DNA of 53,480 nt from an uncultured Candidatus Saccharibacteria bacterium. GTDB taxonomy: Bacteria > Patescibacteriota > Minisyncoccia > Phycocordibacterales > DSPV01. The position numbers and the translations under genes were made by a program. Where the stretch lies: assembly GCA_964574355.1 (NCBI GenBank), contig CAZNMD010000004.1:1-53480 (forward strand), written 5' to 3'. Position 1 is the first letter of the stretch; each line of letters begins with the position of its first letter. Of the stretch, positions 9,277-16,680 are shown one piece after another. Under the pieces are notes generated by a model. It worked only from the letters and a program-made list of their open reading frames with translations, was not told the origin of the DNA and made no database searches.

Positions 9277-10803
9277 ATGAAAAAATGGCTTTTCTTGTTG
9301 GTTTTTTTGGTTAGCTTTACCTGTTTGGGAAAAGGTGTTTTTGCTGCGGAAAATAATGAGGAAATGATTCGTGAACTCGAGGCCCAAATTGTTGCTATTC
9401 AGGCTAGAATAAAAGTACTTCGCTCTGGGGTCGCGACAACAAGCTCTTCTGAAGTAAAAAAAGAAATTATGCCAATGCGTGATTATGATTGGCAAAGTTA
9501 TAAACTTGAGAAGGATCTACGTTTAGGGATTTCAGGGGAAGACGTGGAAATTCTTCAAGAAGTTTTTGCAACGGATGTATCGTTCTATCCAGAACGTGTA
9601 GCGACTGGATATTTCGGCTCACTGACAGGAGAAGCAATTAAACGTTTTCAAAAAAAGAACGGTTTGTCTGTAGACGCGGTTGTGTCGGGAAATACAAAAG
9701 AAAAACTAAATAGTTTTTTAAAAGAGAAGGGGGTCAAGGTTTCGGTAGTAAACGGTGTTAAAAAGTATTGTATTTCTTCTGTGAGACCAGCTGTTGATAT
9801 CAAGAAAAGTGGTCTCACGGTAAAGGTTTCATTATGTCCGGGTGCCGTACTTGAAGAGAAAAAAGCCCCTTCTTCTGTTGTAAAACCAACGGTAATGAAT
9901 GGTTCTTTTTCGTTGAGTGAACACAATGATCTATCTCCAGAATTTTATTATGTTGATGCTTTCGATGTTACGGGGGCGAGTGCAAAAATTGTTGTAGGTG
10001 TTACAGAAAAGGTGCAGGCAAAATTGTGGTATGCAACGACAGGAAATCTTTCTCTTTCGCCAATAGTACGATCTTCTGCTGAATGGCTAAAAATTCATTC
10101 ATTTAATCTTACTGATCTTTTGCCTGGAACGACGTATAACATATATGTGGTTGTTGTTGATGGTGATGGTAATTATGCAACATCAAGTATTAAAACGTTT
10201 AAAACAACACAAAGTAGTGATACGACTGCGCCGATTATTTCTCAAGTGAGAATTTCAGATATAGGTACTTCCAGTGTTCTTGTGTCTTGGAAGACGAGTG
10301 AAACGTCAAAGAAAAAAATATATTATGCACCAACGTTAGGTTTTGCTTTAGATAAAGCCTTGGTTGCTCGGAGTGAACTTTATACGGTTGCTCATGGTTT
10401 AAGGTTGGAAAAGCTTACTGCGGGAACAGGGTATTCATTTGTGATTGAATCTGAGGATGTGAAGGCTAATAAAGGAAAATCGGAAGTCTGGACGTTTACG
10501 ACACCAGTGGATGATCGTCGGCCTCCTGTGTTTATTTCTGTTGTATCTGCGCCGTTATCCGCAACAACTGCAATGGTAACAGTTAAAAGTGATGAAGCTT
10601 CTCGTGCCATGATCCATTTTGGAACATCGGAACCCCTTGATCTTGGAAGTTCATATTATCGTGCGGATGCGGTGTTATCTACGAATCATACGTTTTCACT
10701 AAACGATCTTGTTCCTAGAACAAACTACCGTTTTGTTATTTCGCTTAAAGATGCACTTGGAAATATCTCAACGTCTTCAATTGGGACATTTCGTACGTAT
10801 TGA
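9277..10803 (+). CDS. Secreted protein with a peptidoglycan-binding domain and FN3-like (purple-acid-phosphatase-N-like) domains
   Basis: Signal peptide MKKWLFLLVFLVSFTCLGKGVFA. PG_binding-like GEDVEILQEVF...GYFGSLTGEAIKRFQKKNGL. Three repeats of the LxPGTxYxxxVxxxDxxGN type. Confidence 0.6.
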   Translation: MKKWLFLLVFLVSFTCLGKGVFAAENNEEMIRELEAQIVAIQARIKVLRSGVATTSSSEVKKEIMPMRDYDWQSYKLEKDLRLGISGEDVEILQEVFATDVSFYPERVATGYFGSLTGEAIKRFQKKNGLSVDAVVSGNTKEKLNSFLKEKGVKVSVVNGVKKYCISSVRPAVDIKKSGLTVKVSLCPGAVLEEKKAPSSVVKPTVMNGSFSLSEHNDLSPEFYYVDAFDVTGASAKIVVGVTEKVQAKLWYATTGNLSLSPIVRSSAEWLKIHSFNLTDLLPGTTYNIYVVVVDGDGNYATSSIKTFKTTQSSDTTAPIISQVRISDIGTSSVLVSWKTSETSKKKIYYAPTLGFALDKALVARSELYTVAHGLRLEKLTAGTGYSFVIESEDVKANKGKSEVWTFTTPVDDRRPPVFISVVSAPLSATTAMVTVKSDEASRAMIHFGTSEPLDLGSSYYRADAVLSTNHTFSLNDLVPRTNYRFVISLKDALGNISTSSIGTFRTY

Positions 10804-10854
10804 TTAATATAGAGTATGCTGCAACCAAAAAAAGAGTAATTCATTGCAATATCT

Positions 10855-11475
10855 ATGGAAATAGAATCAGAACCAAAACGCGGAGCATCGGTAGGAATTG
10901 TTATTATCCTTCTTATTTTATTAGGGGGAACATTTTGGTTCGCTATACAAAAATTCAATACACCAGCCCCGTCGACGAATTTGCTAGGAGAAGAACTTGT
11001 TCGTTATAGCACCTCATCACCTCTTCGTTTATCTTTTTCATATTCAAATTCACTTTTTTTGGAAGAAAGGCAGTTGGGAGATAATGAAGGGGTGTATACA
11101 CAATTAGTTTTAACGGAAGATTCTGAGGAAAATAGACTTCTTCGTGAAGGAAAAGCTCCTCCTCGTGATGGACCAGTAGCCATTACGATTGATGTGATTG
11201 ATAACCGAATTTTAAAAGTACCACTTGAAACTTGGATCTTAAATGACTCTCGCTCCAACTATGGATTAGCAACCTCGGCTCTGGCAACGACGACCGTTGC
11301 AGGCGTATCTGGTTTTTCGTATGGCGCTACGGGTCTTTATGAGAGTGATAATATTGCTGTTTCTGTTGGTACACATATTATTTTTCTAACGGTGACTTAC
11401 TTAACAAAAGACGATTCGCTTCGTCGGGTGTTTATTGATACGATCTTGCCAACACTTGAGGTAGGTTCACAATAA
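10855..11475 (+). CDS. Hypothetical membrane-anchored protein
   Basis: N-terminal TM VGIVIILLILLGGTFWFAI. No recognised domain. Confidence 0.45.
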   Translation: MEIESEPKRGASVGIVIILLILLGGTFWFAIQKFNTPAPSTNLLGEELVRYSTSSPLRLSFSYSNSLFLEERQLGDNEGVYTQLVLTEDSEENRLLREGKAPPRDGPVAITIDVIDNRILKVPLETWILNDSRSNYGLATSALATTTVAGVSGFSYGATGLYESDNIAVSVGTHIIFLTVTYLTKDDSLRRVFIDTILPTLEVGSQ

Positions 11476-11481
11476 CAAGCG

Positions 11482-12201
11482 GTGACATCCGAAGTAGTAT
11501 CAGCTATTCGACGAGATCTTCGTGCCGTTGCTGTTCCTGAAAAAGCAGCATTTTTGCCGCGGTTTTTTAAAACAGGGAAAGGGGAGTATGGCGAAGGTGA
11601 TATTTTTATCGGTGTCACTGTGCCTCTTATAAGGATGATCGCTCTTCGGTACGCGAAAGAGGTTTCTTTTACGGATATACGAAAATTAATTAGTTCGCCT
11701 GTTCATGAAGAACGATATGTTGCTTTTGAAATGATAGTCTCTTTATATGAAGGAGGTGATGCGAAGATAAAAAAACAAGTTTTTGATTTTTATATGAGGT
11801 GTAAGGCTTGGGCTAATAATTGGGACCTTGTTGATACGTCCGCTCCGTACATTGTTGGTGAGTATGTTGTAGAACATACGAAGTCATTTCATGTGTTAAA
11901 AAAATTGGCACACTCAAAAAAGTTGTGGGACCGAAGAATTGCAATTGTTTCTACGTTTGCTTTTATTAAAAAAGGTAGCGACACCGAGTGTCATCAGGTT
12001 GCGGACGTGTTGCTTTTAGATAGGGAAGATTTGATACATAAAGCGGTTGGGTGGATGTTACGTGAAGCTGGTAAGCGGGTTAGTAAGCAGTCATTGGAAG
12101 AATTTTTACGACCTCGTTACACAAAAATGCCTCGTACTATGCTTCGATATGCAATTGAACATTTTTCAAAAAAAGAACGACAACAGTATCTTTTAAAGTG
12201 A
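11482..12201 (+). CDS. DNA alkylation repair protein (AlkD-like HEAT-repeat family)
   Basis: PEKAAFLPRFFKTGKGEYGEGDIFIGVTVP...NNWDLVD...WMLRE is typical of that family. GTG start. Confidence 0.65.
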   Translation: MTSEVVSAIRRDLRAVAVPEKAAFLPRFFKTGKGEYGEGDIFIGVTVPLIRMIALRYAKEVSFTDIRKLISSPVHEERYVAFEMIVSLYEGGDAKIKKQVFDFYMRCKAWANNWDLVDTSAPYIVGEYVVEHTKSFHVLKKLAHSKKLWDRRIAIVSTFAFIKKGSDTECHQVADVLLLDREDLIHKAVGWMLREAGKRVSKQSLEEFLRPRYTKMPRTMLRYAIEHFSKKERQQYLLK

Positions 12202-12239
12202 AGGTTTTGATGTTAAATATACTTGTCTAGCATCATTTT

Positions 12240-13505
12240 TTGTTGCCTGTTATTCTTATGGGTACAATGGTTAAAAGTGTTTTTAGGTGGGTAGTTTTTA
12301 TTACGCTTTCTTTGGGGGTATTTTTGCCTATTGTGAATGCTGAGGAAGTCTCGACTGATTCGGTTGTTGTCCACATGTTTACTCGTGATGATTGTAAGTT
12401 TTGTCTGGCTCAGAAGTCATTTCTTGAAGATCTTTTAAAAACAAGATCTGATTTTTCTGTTGAGTATCATAATTTGGCCAATAAATCTGATCAGCAACTT
12501 TTTGTTCAATTTGCTGAAGCCCGTGACTTGCCGAAAGTTACGCCATTAACGGTTATTGGACGTACGATTGTTCAAGGATTTGATTCGCCCGAAGGTACCG
12601 GCGCACGTATTATTTCTGCTATTGATCGTGCCAAAATAGATCCTCCAGTTTCTCTTGAGTCTGTTATGGTTGCTGGTCCGGGTGAGGTAGTCGGTGATGC
12701 AACAAGTGGTTGCGAGGGCGAGGTCTGTGAAGCTACTCAAGGACCAGGTGGTTTTGTGTTCAAACTTCCGTTTTTGGGTGTTGTTGATTTAGCAAAGTAC
12801 TCACTTCCTGTGCTAGCCGCAGTGTTGGGTTTTGTTGATGGGTTTAATCCGTGCGCAATGTGGGTGCTTATCACGTTTCTTCTTGTGTTAATGCAGATTG
12901 GAGATCGAAAGAAAATGATTCAAGTTGCGGGGCTATTCATTTTGGCTGAAGCAGTTATGTATACCCTCATTTTGAATGTGTGGTATCACGCTTGGGATTT
13001 TGTTGGGCTAGACAAGATTGTTACACCGCTTGTTGGTGTTCTGGCGTTGGGAGGAGGTATATTTTTCATCGCTCGTTGGTGGAAAAAAAGAAATGCACCC
13101 TTGGTCTGCGATGTAACTGATCTTGATCAGCAGATGAAGATCGAAACAAAGATTCATGCTTTTGCTAAGGCTCCAATGACCATCGCTGTTGTTTTTGGAA
13201 TTATCGGTTTAGCTCTTTCTGTAAATATTATTGAATTTGCTTGTTCCATCGGTATCCCGCAAGCGTTCACGAAGATTATAGAACTCAATAATCTTAGTTT
13301 CTTAAAGACTCAAGGGTATATGGCTATCTATACTCTTATGTATATGGTGGATGATTTGATTGTTTTCGCTATTGCGTTGTGGGGCTTTAATAAGCTTCAT
13401 GCAGCAGGAGAGAAGTATTCTAGGTTGTCATTGATTATTGGAGGTATTCTTATGCTTATTTTGGGCTTTTTGCTCATTTTTGCTCCAAATCTTCTCGTTA
13501 TATAA
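12240..13505 (+). CDS. Thioredoxin/glutaredoxin-fold domain fused to a DsbD/CcdA-like transmembrane thiol-disulfide transfer domain
   Basis: N-terminal signal/anchor, then VVVHMFTRDDCKFCLAQKSFLE (CxxC). The C-terminal 6-TM region has Cys in TM helices (GFNPCAMWVL, EFACSIGIPQ). Start uncertain, with alternative ATGs at 12258 and 12267. Confidence 0.55.
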   Translation: MLPVILMGTMVKSVFRWVVFITLSLGVFLPIVNAEEVSTDSVVVHMFTRDDCKFCLAQKSFLEDLLKTRSDFSVEYHNLANKSDQQLFVQFAEARDLPKVTPLTVIGRTIVQGFDSPEGTGARIISAIDRAKIDPPVSLESVMVAGPGEVVGDATSGCEGEVCEATQGPGGFVFKLPFLGVVDLAKYSLPVLAAVLGFVDGFNPCAMWVLITFLLVLMQIGDRKKMIQVAGLFILAEAVMYTLILNVWYHAWDFVGLDKIVTPLVGVLALGGGIFFIARWWKKRNAPLVCDVTDLDQQMKIETKIHAFAKAPMTIAVVFGIIGLALSVNIIEFACSIGIPQAFTKIIELNNLSFLKTQGYMAIYTLMYMVDDLIVFAIALWGFNKLHAAGEKYSRLSLIIGGILMLILGFLLIFAPNLLVI

Positions 13506-13519
13506 AAGGGCTGTAAAAT

Positions 13520-13547
13520 TTGACAAAAAATATGGGTATGGTAATAT
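13520..13547 (+). promoter_or_regulatory. Near-consensus sigma70 promoter
   Basis: TTGACA (13520-13525), 16 nt spacer, TAATAT (13542-13547). Confidence 0.55.
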
Positions 13548-13583
13548 ACCCTAGTCGCTCCACTATGGAGCGTTTTTCTATAC

Positions 13584-13754
13584 ATGGACGCATTTCCTAT
13601 CAAAAAGAACGGTAAACGAATTGTGCACTGGTACGAGCGCCCTTTAAAGGTGCCGGTTGTTTTGTGTGCTTGTGGCAATAAGTATGTAAAGACTCGAAAG
13701 AATCAGAAAACCTGCCTTCCTTGCGTCTTTAAGGCTGAAGCCGCCGCAAAATAA
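13584..13754 (+). CDS. Small (56 aa) basic Cys-rich protein, zinc-ribbon-like (CxC...CxxC); below the ORF-track size cutoff
   Basis: My translation is MDAFPIKKNGKRIVHWYERPLKVPVVLCACGNKYVKTRKNQKTCLPCVFKAEAAAK. It is flanked by the promoter at 13520-13547 and the terminator at 13777-13814. Confidence 0.45.
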   Translation: MDAFPIKKNGKRIVHWYERPLKVPVVLCACGNKYVKTRKNQKTCLPCVFKAEAAAK

Positions 13755-13776
13755 CTATTTCCAAAACATAGTCACC

Positions 13777-13814
13777 ACAACAAAACCCGCCCCCTAAGGG
13801 CGGGTTTTGTTGTG
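13777..13814 (+). terminator. Rho-independent terminator
   Basis: AACCCGCCC/GGGCGGGTT stem extended by flanking A/T runs, followed by TTTGTTG. Confidence 0.7.
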
Positions 13815-13830
13815 ATGGTATACTAATAAC

Positions 13831-13998
13831 ATGAATCAAGCAGTACAGTCGCCAACAGTGAAGCATCGTGAAGCTGGACGTCTCGTTGCGTCTTTGTTTG
13901 AAGAAGCAACAAAAGAAATCCATTTACAGATTAAAAAGCGAGGTAAAGTAACTACGTGGGCTGCTCGCCAACAAAAAAACACTACTCATGGAACGTAA
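13831..13998 (+). CDS. Small hypothetical protein (55 aa), possibly leaderless
   Basis: My translation is MNQAVQSPTVKHREAGRLVASLFEEATKEIHLQIKKRGKVTTWAARQQKNTTHGT. TGgTATACT extended -10 (13815-13823) ends 7 nt before the ATG. Its stop overlaps the next start (ATGGAACGTAA). Confidence 0.35.
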   Translation: MNQAVQSPTVKHREAGRLVASLFEEATKEIHLQIKKRGKVTTWAARQQKNTTHGT

Positions 13999-14272
13999 AA
14001 TAGAAAATCCGTTTGATTATCTTGTGGCGCGAGCACAATTAGAAACTGATATTGCTCGGGATATTTTACTGAAGGCTCGTGAGGCAAATGATTATCATCG
14101 GGAAAAGGCTGCCGCAAAACTTGTCGCGTTTCATGAGAATGAGGAGCAGATGATTATGCTCTATGTTGAGGCAAAGATTCATTATCCTGAGATGGCAGAA
14201 ACTTTGGAAAAGAAACGCCCTCATCTTCTTGAAATGTTGAAGGAGTCGGAATTGATGTGGCAAGCAGCGTAG
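13988..14272 (+). CDS. Hypothetical acidic helical protein (94 aa)
   Basis: ORF in the track. 11-nt overlap with the preceding small ORF. No recognised family. Confidence 0.5.
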   Translation: MERKIENPFDYLVARAQLETDIARDILLKAREANDYHREKAAAKLVAFHENEEQMIMLYVEAKIHYPEMAETLEKKRPHLLEMLKESELMWQAA

Positions 14273-14303
14273 AGGGGAAGTTTATTCTATTTTCATAGAC
14301 AGC

Positions 14304-15362
14304 ATGAGTGGAGATACACAAAAGAAAATTGAAGACCATTTAAAAAATATAAAAACGCTTCAAGCGGAAAGCGGTTTGTTTTTAGCTTCTCTAAAAGGTG
14401 TTTCAACTGGATACGATAAGGCGTGGCTTCGGGATAATTTTTACACCTGCCTTGCCTTTGAGAAGACGGGGCAATTTGATGTGGTAAAGAAGTGCTGGCG
14501 AGCCATGCTTGATATTTTAGTTAAACATTCAGAGAAAATTGAGTGGGCAACGAGACATAAGCCACACGCAACGTGGCAATACATCCATGCCCGATATAAC
14601 CCAGAAACATTTGAGGAGTTTTGGGAGGAGTGGGGCAACAAACAGAATGACGCTGTTGGGGCTATTCTCTTTGAGCTTGGTAATCTTGAAGTTATGGGGC
14701 AGGGTGTGGTTCTCAATGATGAAGACAAAAAGGCAATAAATCTTTTGGTCCAATATGTCGGCAATTTGGAATATTGGCACGATCCAGATTCGGGTATGTG
14801 GGAAGAAAACGAAGAAGTGCACGCTTCGTCTGTTGGGGCAGTATTGGCAGGTCTAAAGAGTGTGAAGCGTTTACCGTATGTTACGGTACCAGATGAGTTT
14901 ATTACAAAGGGTGAGCATGCTTTGTATAACGAAATTTTACCGCGTGAATCGCATAATAAATTTGCTGATTTGGCGCAGCTTTCACTTTTTTATCCATACG
15001 AATTACTTCCTGGTGAATTAGCTGATCGAATTTTGGAAAATATCGAATACCATTTAACGAAAGATCGCGGTGTTATTCGTTATAAGCTTGATCGCTACTA
15101 TAATAAAAATAAAGATGGTTACAGCGAAGAAGCTGAATGGACGATGGGGCTTTCGTGGCTTTCTATTATTTATGCGCGACGTGGTAATAAAGAAAAAGCA
15201 CTTTTTTATTTAAGAGAAGTTGAAAAAACAATAACAAAAGATAATTTGCTTCCGGAACTCTACTATGCCAATAGTGTTGAATATAACCAAAATACGCCTC
15301 TGGCGTGGTCTGAATCATTGTACGTAATTGCACTTTTGGAAGCAGAAAAATTTAGCCAGTAG
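14304..15362 (+). CDS. Glycoside hydrolase family 15 (glucoamylase-like catalytic domain)
   Basis: YDKAWLRDNFY, WGNKQNDAVGAILFELG and WHDPDSGMWEENEEVHASSVGA are typical GH15 (alpha/alpha)6-barrel motifs. Confidence 0.7.
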   Translation: MSGDTQKKIEDHLKNIKTLQAESGLFLASLKGVSTGYDKAWLRDNFYTCLAFEKTGQFDVVKKCWRAMLDILVKHSEKIEWATRHKPHATWQYIHARYNPETFEEFWEEWGNKQNDAVGAILFELGNLEVMGQGVVLNDEDKKAINLLVQYVGNLEYWHDPDSGMWEENEEVHASSVGAVLAGLKSVKRLPYVTVPDEFITKGEHALYNEILPRESHNKFADLAQLSLFYPYELLPGELADRILENIEYHLTKDRGVIRYKLDRYYNKNKDGYSEEAEWTMGLSWLSIIYARRGNKEKALFYLREVEKTITKDNLLPELYYANSVEYNQNTPLAWSESLYVIALLEAEKFSQ

Positions 15363-15426
15363 TTTGTGTATATTGACTCTTTGTACATAAGTATGGTTTA
15401 ATTGACATCAGGTAGTTCTTTTTTGT

Positions 15427-15448
15427 ACCCGTTATGCGGGTTTTTTCA
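15427..15448 (+). terminator. Weak rho-independent terminator after the GH15 gene
   Basis: ACCCG/CGGGT stem, 5-nt loop, T6. Confidence 0.45.
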
Positions 15449-15470
15449 ATCATCAACAGAAAGGTTACGC

Positions 15471-15974
15471 GTGTCTACTGCAACAGCTCTTGAGGAACCA
15501 GTTCATCGGGCAGTGGTTCAAGTAGAAGATGCTTTGGTGGAGGTTGATCGGGCAACTCCTCTGGAATTTCCGGAAGGAACGACAGAGTGGTTATATCCTG
15601 ATTTGGCTGATACCGGTCCCGTCTCCTATCGTTTGAGCCAGGTGAAGCCATGGTTACACCACGACCAGAAAGATGACCAGGGCCTTTCCGGCGGTCGGAT
15701 TCATTCGTATCTCAAAAATGGTGGGCATCTCCGGACATGTCTTGGGTATCGGGACGCGCTGGTGCTACGGGAATTAGGGTCTGATTGTTTTAAACGCTAT
15801 TTTGGTGAAGGGACGTTACTCTTTTTTTGGAGGTCAATCGCAAAAACAGCGTTTGGAGTTGTGGTACCACAGCTCTCCGTTGTGGGTGAGTTGAAAATCG
15901 ATCTTGCGCCGGTTATGTTTCGTTGGTATGAAAACGCACCGGCGGCCAGGTTTCGTCGTTCCGTTTCATGTTAA
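15471..15974 (+). CDS. Orphan hypothetical protein with visibly higher GC than its neighbours
   Basis: Start moved to the GTG at 15471, downstream of the 15427-15448 terminator and after GAAAGG. No recognised motif. Confidence 0.45.
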   Translation: MSTATALEEPVHRAVVQVEDALVEVDRATPLEFPEGTTEWLYPDLADTGPVSYRLSQVKPWLHHDQKDDQGLSGGRIHSYLKNGGHLRTCLGYRDALVLRELGSDCFKRYFGEGTLLFFWRSIAKTAFGVVVPQLSVVGELKIDLAPVMFRWYENAPAARFRRSVSC

Positions 15975-15986
15975 CGGAAACAATAG

Positions 15987-16023
15987 CCCCTCTCTCATTT
16001 TTGAGCGGAGGGGTTTTCTTTTT
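15987..16023. terminator. Hairpin terminator between convergent genes
   Basis: CCCCTC/GAGGGG stem followed by TTTTCTTTTT. Confidence 0.5.
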
Positions 16024-16225
16024 AAAAATTTAATACTGAAGTGTAGTTTTCAATAAAAGAAGGGATGACAAATACGAGTCCAATGAGGGGAAGAAGGAAT
16101 GATACAACAGCAGCGATCATCATCCAAAAGAAGATTTTCTTTATTGTGTTGATTGATTTCTCAAGCCCGACTATTTTTTCTGTTAAAACAGAAACTTGTT
16201 GTGTGAGTTGTTGAAGTTGGTCCAT
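16022..16225 (-). CDS. Small tail-anchored membrane protein (67 aa)
   Basis: N-terminal coiled-coil-like QLQQLTQQVSVLTEKIVGLEKSI, then TM FFWMMIAAVVSFLLPLIGLVFVI. Confidence 0.45.
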   Translation of the reverse strand: MDQLQQLTQQVSVLTEKIVGLEKSINTIKKIFFWMMIAAVVSFLLPLIGLVFVIPSFIENYTSVLNF

Positions 16226-16236
16226 TATTTTTTTAG

Positions 16237-16590
16237 TTAGTTAGTATATTTTTTCCCAAATTTTCTCAACTGTTCAATGACAGCTGATAGATCCTCTCCT
16301 TTTTTTGTTAGAGAGTATTCAACATGAGGGGGCATCTTATGCGGGAAAACGGTCCGTTTTATGATGTTACTTACCTCAAGTTTTTTGAGTCGATTGGTTA
16401 GTGTTCGTGAGTTTATTTCTTTTTTTGTTCCATCACAGATGATGGTGCGCTGTAATTCTGAAAATCGTCGGGGTCCCAAAAGAAGGTCACGAGTGATAAG
16501 GATAGTCCACATATCAGCAATATGATCTGCGGCGACAGCGATAGGACAAGTATTGTCTGTTGGGGCTACGGTTCGCTTCTTTGCTTTCAT
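16237..16590 (-). CDS. HxlR-family winged-helix transcriptional regulator
   Basis: CPIAVAADHIADMWTILITRDLLLGPRRFSELQ...LTNRLKKLEVSNIIKR...PPHVEYSLTKKGEDL. Start placed at MKAKKR; the track extends to 16647. Divergent from the P-type ATPase gene. Confidence 0.8.
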   Translation of the reverse strand: MKAKKRTVAPTDNTCPIAVAADHIADMWTILITRDLLLGPRRFSELQRTIICDGTKKEINSRTLTNRLKKLEVSNIIKRTVFPHKMPPHVEYSLTKKGEDLSAVIEQLRKFGKKYTN

Positions 16591-16680
16591 AGGTAAAGCA
16601 TAAGGCATAGAGACCTGAAAGAAAAGAGTCCACAAGGATTTACACAAAAGGTCTACAACGGGTGGTACACTACTAGTGCA

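Noticed and set aside
13397-13678. 93-aa minus-strand ORF
   Set aside because: It is antisense to the end of the Trx-CcdA gene, a consensus promoter and the 56-aa zinc-ribbon ORF. It has no supporting signals.
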